From: an uncultured Bacillales bacterium
Lineage (GTDB): Bacteria; Bacillota_I; Bacilli_A; RFN20; CAG-826
Assembly (NCBI GenBank): GCA_946403545.1
Contig: CAMJAG010000001.1
Coordinates: 872 to 64,871 of the forward strand
Direction: 5' to 3'
Length of the DNA: 64,000 bases
Numbering within the stretch: position 1 is the stretch's first letter; every line of letters begins with the position of its first letter. Both the position numbers and the translations under genes were made by a program. Positions 27,903-36,645 of this stretch are shown in pieces. Under the pieces are notes generated by a model that saw only the letters and a list, made by a program, of their open reading frames with translations, was not told the DNA's origin and did not search any database.

Positions 27903-29411
27903 TTAGTCTTCGTCTTTCTTATCGTTTTTCTCTTTTACTTCTTTTAAGACCTTTGGGCCAAGATATCCAAGGAGGAGAGATTTTAGATCGATTCCAAGAG
28001 TTTTATTTAATCCAGCGAAGATTTGATCACCGTGTTGTTGAATTTCTTCTACGAGTTTTGTTTCATTACCAGAACCGTACATTGTAATTCCATCAATTTG
28101 AGATAATGCACTTGCGATTGGTTCTGCATATGCTCTTACTGTTTCTGGTAAGACACCAGAGTCGAGAATGAGTTTTAATGTAGCAGCGTCATTGAAGAGT
28201 TTCATAGCTTCTGCTTTTTCTTTTGTAGCTTTAGCTTCTGCGTTACCTTTTGCTTCAATACCAGCAGCTTCTGCTAAAGCAGCTTGTTTATTAGCTTCAG
28301 CTTCGAGTTTGACAGCTTCTGCTGCTTTTTCTCTAGCAATTCTTTGAGCTTCTGCTTCAACTTTGACTTTTTCAGCTTTTCTTTGAGCTTCAAGAAGTTC
28401 TGCTTCTGCAGCTTTTTGTCTTCTATAAAGAGTTGCTTCAGCTTCTTTTTCAGCAGCGTATTTTTCAGCATCTGCTTTCTTGTTAATTTCTGCTGTTAAT
28501 TTCTTTTCTGTAAGTTCAACTTCTTTATTTCCAAGTTCAACTTCTCTTTCTCTCTTAGAAATTTCAGCGTTAACTGTTGCAGTGTTGATTTCTTCTTGTC
28601 TCTTTTGTTCTTGAATCTTGTATGCTGCATCTGCGTCTGCTCTTGCAGTATCAGTTTTAATCTTTAATTCAGCTTCTTTTAATGCGTATTCAGTATTCTT
28701 TTCAACAATGATTGTCTTAGAATTGACTTCTGCTTCATTTGCTTCTTGAGCAGCTTTTGCTCTTGCAATACTTACATCTCTATCAGCGTTTGCTTTAGCA
28801 ATTGCAGCTTCTTTTGAGATTTGAGCGATGTTATCAATACCTAAGTTTTCAATAACATGATTGCCATCTGAGAAGTTTTGAATGTTGAAGTTAACTAATT
28901 CCAAACCTAATTTAGACATATCTGGAATAACATTTTCTTTAACAGCTTCTGCAACACCTTTTCTATCTTGTACTAATTGACGAATGCCAACTGTACCAAT
29001 AATTTCACGCATGTTACCTTCAAGAACTTGTTTGACTTGTTCAATTAAGTCAGCTTTATTCATTCCTAAAGTTGCTTCGAATGCTCTTTCTAGTAATGCT
29101 GGATCACTAGAGATTTTTAAGTTTGCGACACCATCAACATTGATGTTAATGAATTCGTTTGTTGGAATTGATTCACGTGTTTTAATGTCAACTTGGAAGA
29201 CTTTGAGGGATAATCTATCCTTTCTTTGCAAGAAAGGTAATTTCCATCCTGCTCTTCCTCTTAATATTTTTCTTTTGCCTAAACCAGAGATCATGACTGC
29301 TTCATCTGGTCCTGCTTTAGTGTATGAGCAGAGAATAAAGATAAGTAATAATACTGCTACAACTACACCAATTACAACGAATGCTACCCACATAATACTG
29401 TCCTCCTTCAT
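27903..29411 (-). CDS. Flotillin-like SPFH/band-7 protein (FloT/YuaG-like)
   Basis: N-terminal TM anchor and an SPFH domain, followed by an extended Ala/Glu/Lys-rich coiled coil. Confidence 0.85.
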   Translation of the reverse strand: MKEDSIMWVAFVVIGVVVAVLLLIFILCSYTKAGPDEAVMISGLGKRKILRGRAGWKLPFLQRKDRLSLKVFQVDIKTRESIPTNEFININVDGVANLKISSDPALLERAFEATLGMNKADLIEQVKQVLEGNMREIIGTVGIRQLVQDRKGVAEAVKENVIPDMSKLGLELVNFNIQNFSDGNHVIENLGIDNIAQISKEAAIAKANADRDVSIARAKAAQEANEAEVNSKTIIVEKNTEYALKEAELKIKTDTARADADAAYKIQEQKRQEEINTATVNAEISKREREVELGNKEVELTEKKLTAEINKKADAEKYAAEKEAEATLYRRQKAAEAELLEAQRKAEKVKVEAEAQRIAREKAAEAVKLEAEANKQAALAEAAGIEAKGNAEAKATKEKAEAMKLFNDAATLKLILDSGVLPETVRAYAEPIASALSQIDGITMYGSGNETKLVEEIQQHGDQIFAGLNKTLGIDLKSLLLGYLGPKVLKEVKEKNDKKDED

Positions 29412-29776
29412 TACTTATTAATGTGTATAGTTAGTATGTTCTCAGCATCATTCCAAGAAGTTGAGAACTTGACTGGCTTATCACTAAGCTCAATCTTTAA
29501 TGCTTCAGATATCTTTTTCATAAGTCCTGTTGAAGATATCCTTGCATATGTTTTTTTAACGGAGATTTGATAAATTGCGTATTCATCCAAGTCACCGCTT
29601 TGGACCTTTTCTTTCGTTAGTGGACGAATCACAACATTCTTATTAACATCTAATCCAACTTGTATTCTATATGCATACTCGAATGGAACAGACGCAATAG
29701 TATTCAATGTAATATTCGTATTATAGAAAGAAGCGGTACCAATTTTTTCTTCTGAACTAAACCATTGAATTTCCAT
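29411..29776 (-). CDS. Hypothetical protein co-transcribed upstream of the flotillin gene (in the NfeD position but non-membrane)
   Basis: 121 aa; its stop overlaps the flotillin start. It has none of the TM helices expected for NfeD/YuaF. Confidence 0.4.
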   Translation of the reverse strand: MEIQWFSSEEKIGTASFYNTNITLNTIASVPFEYAYRIQVGLDVNKNVVIRPLTKEKVQSGDLDEYAIYQISVKKTYARISSTGLMKKISEALKIELSDKPVKFSTSWNDAENILTIHINK

Positions 29777-29943
29777 TTTTTCTACCTCCTAACATACATA
29801 TAATACAATCGAATTTTCATTAATTCAAGAAAATTCAAAAAAATTTTTACGTTTCCGAAATAGAACAAATAAATTCACATTATTGCGGTAGTTTTGGTTT
29901 GAATTACACACCTTAAAAATCATAACATTTTTTGAATATAGGA

Positions 29944-29972
29944 AAAAGAAAAAAGCCAACGAGTGGCTATTT
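29944..29972 (-). terminator. Terminator of the yefM-yoeB operon
   Basis: AGCCACtcgtTGGCT hairpin followed by a T-run on the minus strand. Confidence 0.5.
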
Positions 29973-29973
29973 C

Positions 29974-30231
29974 TTATTCATAATGGGTCCACATACGAAT
30001 TATAACTACTGTGTTTTCATCTTTTCTAACCTCATAAATCAGTCTGTGTTGGACATTGATTCTACGTGAATAGACATTTTCAAAACCTACTAGTTTTTCA
30101 TATGATGGTGGCGTTTCAAACGGATTTTTTGATAGAAGTTCGATTAAAGCTTTTACTTTCTCTATTAATTTAGGATATTGTTTTAGTTTTTCGTAATCTT
30201 TAAAACATTGTTTACTAAAAACTATTTCCAT
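29974..30231 (-). CDS. yoeB: YoeB/Txe-family type II toxin (mRNA interferase)
   Basis: 85 aa ending ...HRLIYEV..VVIIRMWTHYE, which is characteristic of YoeB/Txe. It overlaps the upstream antitoxin gene by 10 nt. Confidence 0.8.
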   Translation of the reverse strand: MEIVFSKQCFKDYEKLKQYPKLIEKVKALIELLSKNPFETPPSYEKLVGFENVYSRRINVQHRLIYEVRKDENTVVIIRMWTHYE

Positions 30232-30467
30232 GGAGGTTCTTTTGAAAAATCAGAAGTTGGAGTTTTAACAGCTTCCTCAATGTCTTCGTAAACACCTTTG
30301 ATACCCGCCAAATAGAGAGATTCAATTAAACTATTATATTCATCCGCACTGAGAAGAATAACACTACCTTCTTTTGTGCTGATATTAACTGTATCGTTAT
30401 ATCTAATGCACGAAGAAGCAAGCTTGTAAAGTTCATCTCTAGCTTTGCTAATATTTAAATTAATCAT
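30222..30467 (-). CDS. yefM: YefM/Phd/Axe-family antitoxin
   Basis: 81 aa Phd/YefM-like N-terminus (ISKARDELYKL, ILLSADEYNSLIESL), coupled to the toxin gene. Confidence 0.75.
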   Translation of the reverse strand: MINLNISKARDELYKLASSCIRYNDTVNISTKEGSVILLSADEYNSLIESLYLAGIKGVYEDIEEAVKTPTSDFSKEPPWK

Positions 30468-30493
30468 AGAATTCTCCTTTCGTTTATATTATA

Positions 30494-30512
30494 TCGTACG
30501 CAATTTCGTACG
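30494..30512. promoter_or_regulatory. Paired TCGTACG operator-like repeats in the yefM-yoeB promoter
   Basis: Two copies of TCGTACG (palindromic CGTACG core) at 30494-30500 and 30506-30512, 12 bp centre-to-centre. This mirrors the TGTACA pair of the E. coli yefM-yoeB operator. Confidence 0.45.
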
Positions 30513-30611
30513 TAAAGACTAAATCATTAAATAACTTAATAGTGTTGTTTTTTTCTTTTCTTTGTGTGATTATGGAGTTGTCTAAAAAACATAAATAAGG
30601 AGTTATTTATA

Positions 30612-31625
30612 ATGAAAAAAGGTTTAATTTTAACCACCACATTTGCTGCATTAGCATTAGTTTTAGCAGCGTGTGGTGAATCTGCATCAAAGCCTGCTGC
30701 TACATCTACTAAAGTAACAAGTGTTGCAACAAGCAAAGAATCTACACCTCAAAAGAGTGTTACAGTTACTTCTATCGCTTTAGGTAATGAAGGAAACAAA
30801 GCTTACATTACAGTTAGAGGTACACAAGAAAACTACACCGCTGAAGAATTCAAATGGGCGTGGGGTTTAATGGATCAAAATGGTACATTTGATGATGGTA
30901 AAGAAACTCCATCTAATGATGACTACAAGCCATTAACATTCAATGCTGCTAATAATCAATTCACAGCAAAATATTGTTTAACTGATATCACTACTTTAGT
31001 AGCAGGTAAACTTTATCGTATCTATGGTGGTACACCAGAATCATATGGAGATATCCAATTTGAATCTAACCAATTTGGTGCTCATGATGAAACTAGAAAC
31101 TACTACCTAAGGCAAGATCAAAACAATGCATTAACATTTGATAACATTCAACCAATTACTTACACAAAAGCAACAGTTGTTGAAGTTACTGCTCAAAATG
31201 CTCCTACAGGCGTAACACAAATGGGTGCATATGTTAAATTCGGTGGAGCAAATTCAAAGAATTTAACAATGGAAACAATTAATGGATGGCATGATGCAGG
31301 TCATATCGCAGGTAACTTCCAAAGAGTTATTGGTGGTGAATACTTATTACACGCTCATGTAGACACTGAAAGATTCTGGGCAATCGAAGGTAACGAAGTT
31401 TATTTCTACCTCTATGTTGGATTTATCGTTGAAGGCGAAGGTTGGATGACACACTTTGATGTCGTCAGTGGCAACGAAAGTGCTGGCTTGAATTTAGACG
31501 CTACAATCAATGGCGTTAGCTACACAGTTAATGGTGAAACATATCAAGTATTCGCAGATTCAAGTAAGTCTGGTGAAGAAAACTATTGGGGTTGTTTAGG
31601 CGTTAAACGCGTAGCAGCTGCATAG
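30612..31625 (+). CDS. Lipoprotein of unknown function
   Basis: Lipobox LAACGE with a Ser/Thr-rich linker; 337 aa. Confidence 0.5.
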   Translation: MKKGLILTTTFAALALVLAACGESASKPAATSTKVTSVATSKESTPQKSVTVTSIALGNEGNKAYITVRGTQENYTAEEFKWAWGLMDQNGTFDDGKETPSNDDYKPLTFNAANNQFTAKYCLTDITTLVAGKLYRIYGGTPESYGDIQFESNQFGAHDETRNYYLRQDQNNALTFDNIQPITYTKATVVEVTAQNAPTGVTQMGAYVKFGGANSKNLTMETINGWHDAGHIAGNFQRVIGGEYLLHAHVDTERFWAIEGNEVYFYLYVGFIVEGEGWMTHFDVVSGNESAGLNLDATINGVSYTVNGETYQVFADSSKSGEENYWGCLGVKRVAAA

Positions 31626-31685
31626 TTGTTTACTCAAGAAAACGAAGGCCATTTATTGGTCTTCTTTTCTTTTTGCAAAACAAAA

Positions 31686-31714
31686 GGCCTAAAACGGCCT
31701 TAAGAAATATTTTT
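31686..31714. terminator. Bidirectional terminator hairpin between the lipoprotein gene and tRNA-Ala
   Basis: AAGGCCtaaaacGGCCTT stem flanked by T-runs on both strands. Confidence 0.45.
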
Positions 31715-31790
31715 TGGTGGATCCGACGAGGATCGAACTCGCTACCTCATCGTTGCGAACGATGCGCTCTCCCAGATGAGCTACGGACCC
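31715..31790 (-). tRNA. tRNA-Ala (anticodon read as CGC), CCA encoded
   Basis: Reverse complement folds into a cloverleaf: acceptor GGGTCCG/CGGATCC with the G3:U70 alanine identity pair, D arm GCTC/GAGC, anticodon stem CATCG/CGATG with loop TTCGCAA, T arm GCGAG-TTCGATC-CTCGT, and a 3-prime CCA. Confidence 0.85.
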
Positions 31791-31865
31791 ATTTATTTAG
31801 CAAATGTATTATAGACATTTTCTATAAAGAAAACCATCCAAGATTTTATTGGATGGCTTTTTCTT

Positions 31866-33113
31866 TTAGTCGTGTGGATTCGAATTAGGTTTATCAATAC
31901 CTTGAGCTTTCTTAAGCTCTGCTTTTCTTTCGTACATCAGTCTATCCGCACGAATGAATAAGTGAGTAATTGAGTTATCTTTATATTTCAAGAAATCTGC
32001 CATACCTGCAGCAATAACAGGTCCACCATTAACGACATTTTTATCAATAATATCATTGAATTTCCTTATTAAAACCTCTCTATTTGTGAAATCTTCACCT
32101 TCAAGAATTACTGCAAATTCGTCTCCACCTACTCTATAAATATCACTATATTTATAGATTCCTTTGATGATTGTAACAGCGGATTTGATATATTCATCAC
32201 CTTTATCATGGCCATAAGTATCATTTATAGTCTTAAGATCATTTAAGTCAAAAACAACTAAACTGAATTCTCTTTGATTTCCATATCCAATTCTTGCATC
32301 AAACATAGTTTCAATTTCAATATAAGCGTGCTTACTTTTAACTCCTGTTAGTGGATCAGTCATCGCTAATAATTGAGCGTATTCTAATTCTTCTCGGTGT
32401 TTTTTATCTGCTGCAATTAGTGATTCAAGTTCTCTTCTATAACTCTTCTTTCCTGCTTCAAGAACGAATGTATGTAATAGACATGTACCTGCTAGGAAGG
32501 CTAAAGAGTATAGAGGCTGCAATGGATAGAAGTATTGGAAGATAGTTAATATTGTTAAAGCGCTAGAACATAAAGCAATTGCTAAATATCTAGGTTTTCT
32601 TTCGTCTTCATGGTTTTTTATCATGAAGTAGAAAGTATATAAAGCAGTTCCTAAGAAAATAAACGCTTGAACAATAAGTGATATATTTCTGCCCATATCT
32701 GTTTGATATGCAACTGCATCATCAAAGTGGAAGAAAATAGGCACAATTAAGTTAATGACTAAAAGTATTAAATGAGCGGTCAAGAACATCCAACTGAATA
32801 TCACTAATAAATTAGTGAAATGGTTCTTCTCTTTTAGATATTCAACTATATATCTTGCCCACATAAATACAGTTAAGCCCATAGCAACAAAGTAGACATA
32901 TGTATCAATGTATAAGGCTATCTTTAAATGGTTCATGTTTAAAATGCCCCATATACCATCGGTTAAGTAATATAAAAGAGTGCTGAGTAAAAAGAGTCTG
33001 TATATATTTCTAGCAGGGATTAAATCTTTTTGCCCTGATGGTTTCATGAATACATCAATATTAACAATGATAGTTACGAAAAAAGCAATTATACCCGCCA
33101 TTGAATATGCCAT
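31866..33113 (-). CDS. Membrane-anchored diguanylate cyclase (GGDEF domain)
   Basis: About six N-terminal TM helices and a C-terminal GGDEF domain with the intact RVGGDEF active-site motif. Confidence 0.85.
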   Translation of the reverse strand: MAYSMAGIIAFFVTIIVNIDVFMKPSGQKDLIPARNIYRLFLLSTLLYYLTDGIWGILNMNHLKIALYIDTYVYFVAMGLTVFMWARYIVEYLKEKNHFTNLLVIFSWMFLTAHLILLVINLIVPIFFHFDDAVAYQTDMGRNISLIVQAFIFLGTALYTFYFMIKNHEDERKPRYLAIALCSSALTILTIFQYFYPLQPLYSLAFLAGTCLLHTFVLEAGKKSYRRELESLIAADKKHREELEYAQLLAMTDPLTGVKSKHAYIEIETMFDARIGYGNQREFSLVVFDLNDLKTINDTYGHDKGDEYIKSAVTIIKGIYKYSDIYRVGGDEFAVILEGEDFTNREVLIRKFNDIIDKNVVNGGPVIAAGMADFLKYKDNSITHLFIRADRLMYERKAELKKAQGIDKPNSNPHD

Positions 33114-33358
33114 ATAATCACTTAACTCCTTTCTTGTTCAAAATCTCCTAGTTTTAACAACTTAAATAATAAGTAATGTCGATTTAAAGAAACACTAAAA
33201 CAAAGACTATAAACACTTTGATAAAGCAATTCTTATATATATTCTTCTATGTAATTAGTATAAACCATATGCACGCATATTAAAGGAAAAATAAGAAAAA
33301 TTACTCCCTAATTGCATATTTGAGGAGTAATTTTACTTAGTTATACTATATATCTTAA

Positions 33359-33682
33359 TTACTTAAGTTTTGTGTATTTATCGGACTTTCCTTTAGATTT
33401 GCTTACTGGATATTTAGCCTCATTTTGATCCATCTTAGCATTTATAATTTCATCTTCATCAAGGTTTAATTTATCTAAAAGGTTTTGACAATAAGTTAAA
33501 ACATCCGCTAACTCTTCTTTGACTTCATTGATGTCAAAGTTTTCTTCATCCCATTGAAAACATTCTAATAATTCATTAGCTTCAATAGAGATAGATTTAG
33601 CTAGATTAGCAGGACTATGGAACTTGTCCCAATCTCTATCTTCTGTAAATTTTCTAATCCTATCTTTTGTTTCTTGTTTCAT
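33359..33682 (-). CDS. MazG-like nucleotide pyrophosphohydrolase (small all-alpha NTP-PPase)
   Basis: 107 aa with the EANELLE...EELADVL metal-binding EExxE/D pattern. Confidence 0.7.
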   Translation of the reverse strand: MKQETKDRIRKFTEDRDWDKFHSPANLAKSISIEANELLECFQWDEENFDINEVKEELADVLTYCQNLLDKLNLDEDEIINAKMDQNEAKYPVSKSKGKSDKYTKLK

Positions 33683-33685
33683 AAT

Positions 33686-34234
33686 TCATCTTTCAATTTC
33701 GTAAATATCTTCAATTTCTCCTACAAACATATAAGAGAATTGATTAGGAGCGTTATAAACAGCATCTGCTACTGATTTATCTAAGAAATTATCTCTTTGT
33801 ATTTGCTGTTTATAAAGCACTTTACATACGATTACATATTTTCCTTCTTCAAATGTTACATCGTTATCATTCAATTCCAAAATATGTAATCCGGATTTTT
33901 CTATTTTATCAGGTACATCGTTAGCGGAAACTGTACCCAAATACATTAATTCTTTTTGATGTCCTTCAAAGAAGGTCATAGTGAATCTACCTGCTTTATC
34001 AATAATAGGTAATGTATGTCTTATTGGTCTAATGTATATAGTCATAGTTTTCTTTTTCCATACATTACCAAAAGCACCCCAAGCACATGTTAATGTACCT
34101 ATTTCGTTATCCGCTTTCGCAGTGCATAAGAAAGGAGTCTCTCTTTGCATCGCTACAACAGGATCTATAAGTTTAGATATATCCTTAGGGTCAATTCTAT
34201 TTAGTTTCATATTAGGATTCGTGAGTTTCCCCAA
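33686..34234 (-). CDS. Flavin reductase-like (FMN-binding split-barrel) protein
   Basis: 182 aa, similar to the flavin reductase/DIM6-NTAB family. It overlaps the downstream gene by 23 nt. Confidence 0.6.
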   Translation of the reverse strand: MGKLTNPNMKLNRIDPKDISKLIDPVVAMQRETPFLCTAKADNEIGTLTCAWGAFGNVWKKKTMTIYIRPIRHTLPIIDKAGRFTMTFFEGHQKELMYLGTVSANDVPDKIEKSGLHILELNDNDVTFEEGKYVIVCKVLYKQQIQRDNFLDKSVADAVYNAPNQFSYMFVGEIEDIYEIER

Positions 34235-34964
34235 TTCTCTTTGATGGGTTTTTCATTATCTTTTTGGCAGTGATTACTTCTTTTTCTTTCTTAAGTTCAT
34301 TAATAAAGTAATCGAGAATTAATGGGTTTACGTTGTATGGGAAGTAAACCACTACTGTCATTTGTTTATCTCCAATTTGAGAGATATCAATATTCCTCAT
34401 ATTTAAAGAATTACGATCACAAACCTCTTTAATTTTTTCTAAAGCTGGATAGTCTTTTTGAACTTCCACGACTACATGAGGAGCGTGAGTATCAACAGTA
34501 ACAATGATTCTATTTCTAATAAAGACTAATAATAACGTAATTAATGTAGCGATAACTGCTTCTAATACAAATCCTGCACCAACTGCCAAACCAACGCCTG
34601 CACAAATCCATAAGGTAGTAGCGGTACTTAAACCCTTAACTGTAAATTTATCTTTGATAATAACGCCAGCGCCTAAGAAACCAATACCGGTAATAGTACC
34701 AGCAGCGATACGAGAAATATCATAATTTCCGCCAGGAACTGCAAGTTTTATTCCCCAGAGAGAAATAATCATAAATATTGAACATCCAATAGATAGTAAA
34801 GCGTGAGTACGCATACCAGCATTCTCACCTTTTCTATACCTTTCAAGTCCTATAAGAGCACTTAAAACTCCAGAAATTAGTAAGGCTATGGTAATAAAAA
34901 TTAAGATGCCCCAACCATCAAACTTCTCTGTTAATGATAAAAACCACTTATCTACGATATTCAT
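34212..34964 (-). CDS. MgtC/SapB-family membrane protein
   Basis: A hydrophobic N-terminal domain (4-5 TM helices) plus a C-terminal soluble ACT-like domain; 250 aa. Confidence 0.55.
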   Translation of the reverse strand: MNIVDKWFLSLTEKFDGWGILIFITIALLISGVLSALIGLERYRKGENAGMRTHALLSIGCSIFMIISLWGIKLAVPGGNYDISRIAAGTITGIGFLGAGVIIKDKFTVKGLSTATTLWICAGVGLAVGAGFVLEAVIATLITLLLVFIRNRIIVTVDTHAPHVVVEVQKDYPALEKIKEVCDRNSLNMRNIDISQIGDKQMTVVVYFPYNVNPLILDYFINELKKEKEVITAKKIMKNPSKRIGETHES

Positions 34965-35068
34965 ATGTAATGCCTCTTTATTACGTAATATAAAATTATC
35001 ATATTTTTAACATTTATAGATATAACTTTATTGGTTATTAAAAGAAAAACCATGCAAATCCTGCACGG

Positions 35069-36172
35069 TTATTCATTATCTTCATTGTTTTGGCTTTTCT
35101 TTTCTTGTTCAATTTCTTGTCTGATTATGTATTTTTGTTCTTGTCTTTTATTTCCTACAAAGACAGTATTTTGAAGCACTTTTGCAAATGCATAATGACA
35201 AACCATTAAGTTAACTACATAGATTGGAATAAATAAGAATATGAAAAGAACTGTATTTAGTTCCGCTAATTGGTTGAAGAATTGGAATTCTGGTCTTCCC
35301 CAAACAAGTTCTCCCGTTCTCATAAGTGCGATTAATATAAATGGCAAGATAAGAAGAACTGGGTAATACCATTTTTTAAAAGCTTTAGATGTAATTGAAA
35401 GAATTATAAAAACGATAAATGAAGCAAATACTGATCCCATCAAGAACCAGTTAATAATTTGTTTATCTGTTCCTGGATTAGCAATGAACATCAAGCAAGC
35501 GATTGGTAACCAAGCAACTGCTTCAAAGTATGAAATCATCATTGTTCTACTTCTTTTAATGTATTCTAATTCAAATAATTTTTCTTTATTAATAAAGTTT
35601 TCGAAGAAAAGCTTTTCTTGGACAGTATCGTCTTCTCTCATTCTGCTTAAATTAGAAAGGCACTTTAAATGTGTTGAAGTTGCAAAAGCAAGAAGAACTA
35701 AGAATATTGCAATGCTTGCAAGAGGCATATACAAGAATGTGTATCCCATTATTCCAAAAGATTCGGAATCATATACAAAAACCACGTTAAAATAGGCCCA
35801 AACCGCAATTCCTATTTCATATAAAAGGAATAAACCCGTGAAAATATAGACAATAATCATCGATTTCATAAATTGATGATATTCTTGCAAGAAGTGTGTT
35901 TTGATAAAGTAAAATATTTGACCTGCTACGCAAATCATTGCGATAACAAAAGCCACTATTCTTACTGGATGCTCGAATCCAATACCTAGAACTGAGAAAA
36001 TTAATGTAACAAAAAATGATAAGCCGTAAATATTAAAAATGCTGGTAACAAAACTCTTTCTAAGCTTTTGATTTTTAATACTTTGAATTTTATCTATATT
36101 AACATAGATGTTTTTGTTATCATTATCAGGAACAATCATATAATTTCTCTCTCTTTGGCAAAAATTATACAT
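35069..36172 (-). CDS. Polytopic membrane protein, unknown function
   Basis: 367 aa with many TM helices and an acidic/basic C-terminal tail. Confidence 0.45.
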   Translation of the reverse strand: MYNFCQRERNYMIVPDNDNKNIYVNIDKIQSIKNQKLRKSFVTSIFNIYGLSFFVTLIFSVLGIGFEHPVRIVAFVIAMICVAGQIFYFIKTHFLQEYHQFMKSMIIVYIFTGLFLLYEIGIAVWAYFNVVFVYDSESFGIMGYTFLYMPLASIAIFLVLLAFATSTHLKCLSNLSRMREDDTVQEKLFFENFINKEKLFELEYIKRSRTMMISYFEAVAWLPIACLMFIANPGTDKQIINWFLMGSVFASFIVFIILSITSKAFKKWYYPVLLILPFILIALMRTGELVWGRPEFQFFNQLAELNTVLFIFLFIPIYVVNLMVCHYAFAKVLQNTVFVGNKRQEQKYIIRQEIEQEKKSQNNEDNE

Positions 36173-36240
36173 AAAAATACATAAATATACAAATATTATT
36201 TTTACAAATTAAAACCATGCTCCCAGCATGGTCAATTTTA

Positions 36241-36645
36241 TTAAATTTCAACAGGTGCTTTAGTAAAGCTATATCTAGTTGCTTTAACATCTGTTAATTT
36301 GAATGTTACAAATCTTCCATCTCCTGCTTCATACAATCCTTTAGGACCTGTTTCATCATCAAGCATAGCTTGTTGAAGTTCTTTTCTATCATCCTCAACT
36401 AATGTAGCGGTTACTCGTAACCAATCAAAGTCAGGATACATGCCACAGAGTTCTACTTTTGGATTTGCTTTTACTTGTTTATAGAATTCTTTAAAGTTTC
36501 CTGAACAAATATAAGCTTCTCCTTCATATTCTAGGATGCTTCCAAAAGGTCTAACTCTTGGTTGATCTCCATCAATAGTAGAGATGTAGAACACTTTAAC
36601 TTGTTTTAATTCACTTACTAGTTTGTTCATATTAGTTGCCTCCAT
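36241..36645 (-). CDS. Pyridoxamine 5'-phosphate oxidase-like FMN-binding protein (general stress protein 26 family)
   Basis: 134 aa split-barrel; the YISTIDGDQPRVRPF pattern is typical of the PNPOx-like family. Confidence 0.65.
   Translation of the reverse strand: MEATNMNKLVSELKQVKVFYISTIDGDQPRVRPFGSILEYEGEAYICSGNFKEFYKQVKANPKVELCGMYPDFDWLRVTATLVEDDRKELQQAMLDDETGPKGLYEAGDGRFVTFKLTDVKATRYSFTKAPVEI

Noticed and set aside
28270-28500. Repetitive K/E/F-rich small ORFs (28274..28471 minus, 28284..28499 plus) and periodic nucleotide repeats
   Set aside because: They lie inside the flotillin coding sequence. The periodicity comes from the Ala/Glu/Lys coiled-coil codons; it is not a CRISPR array or an independent gene.
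31673-31888. 71-aa plus-strand ORF in the tRNA region
   Set aside because: It overlaps the well-folded tRNA-Ala on the opposite strand and the terminator hairpin, so it is almost certainly a spurious ORF.
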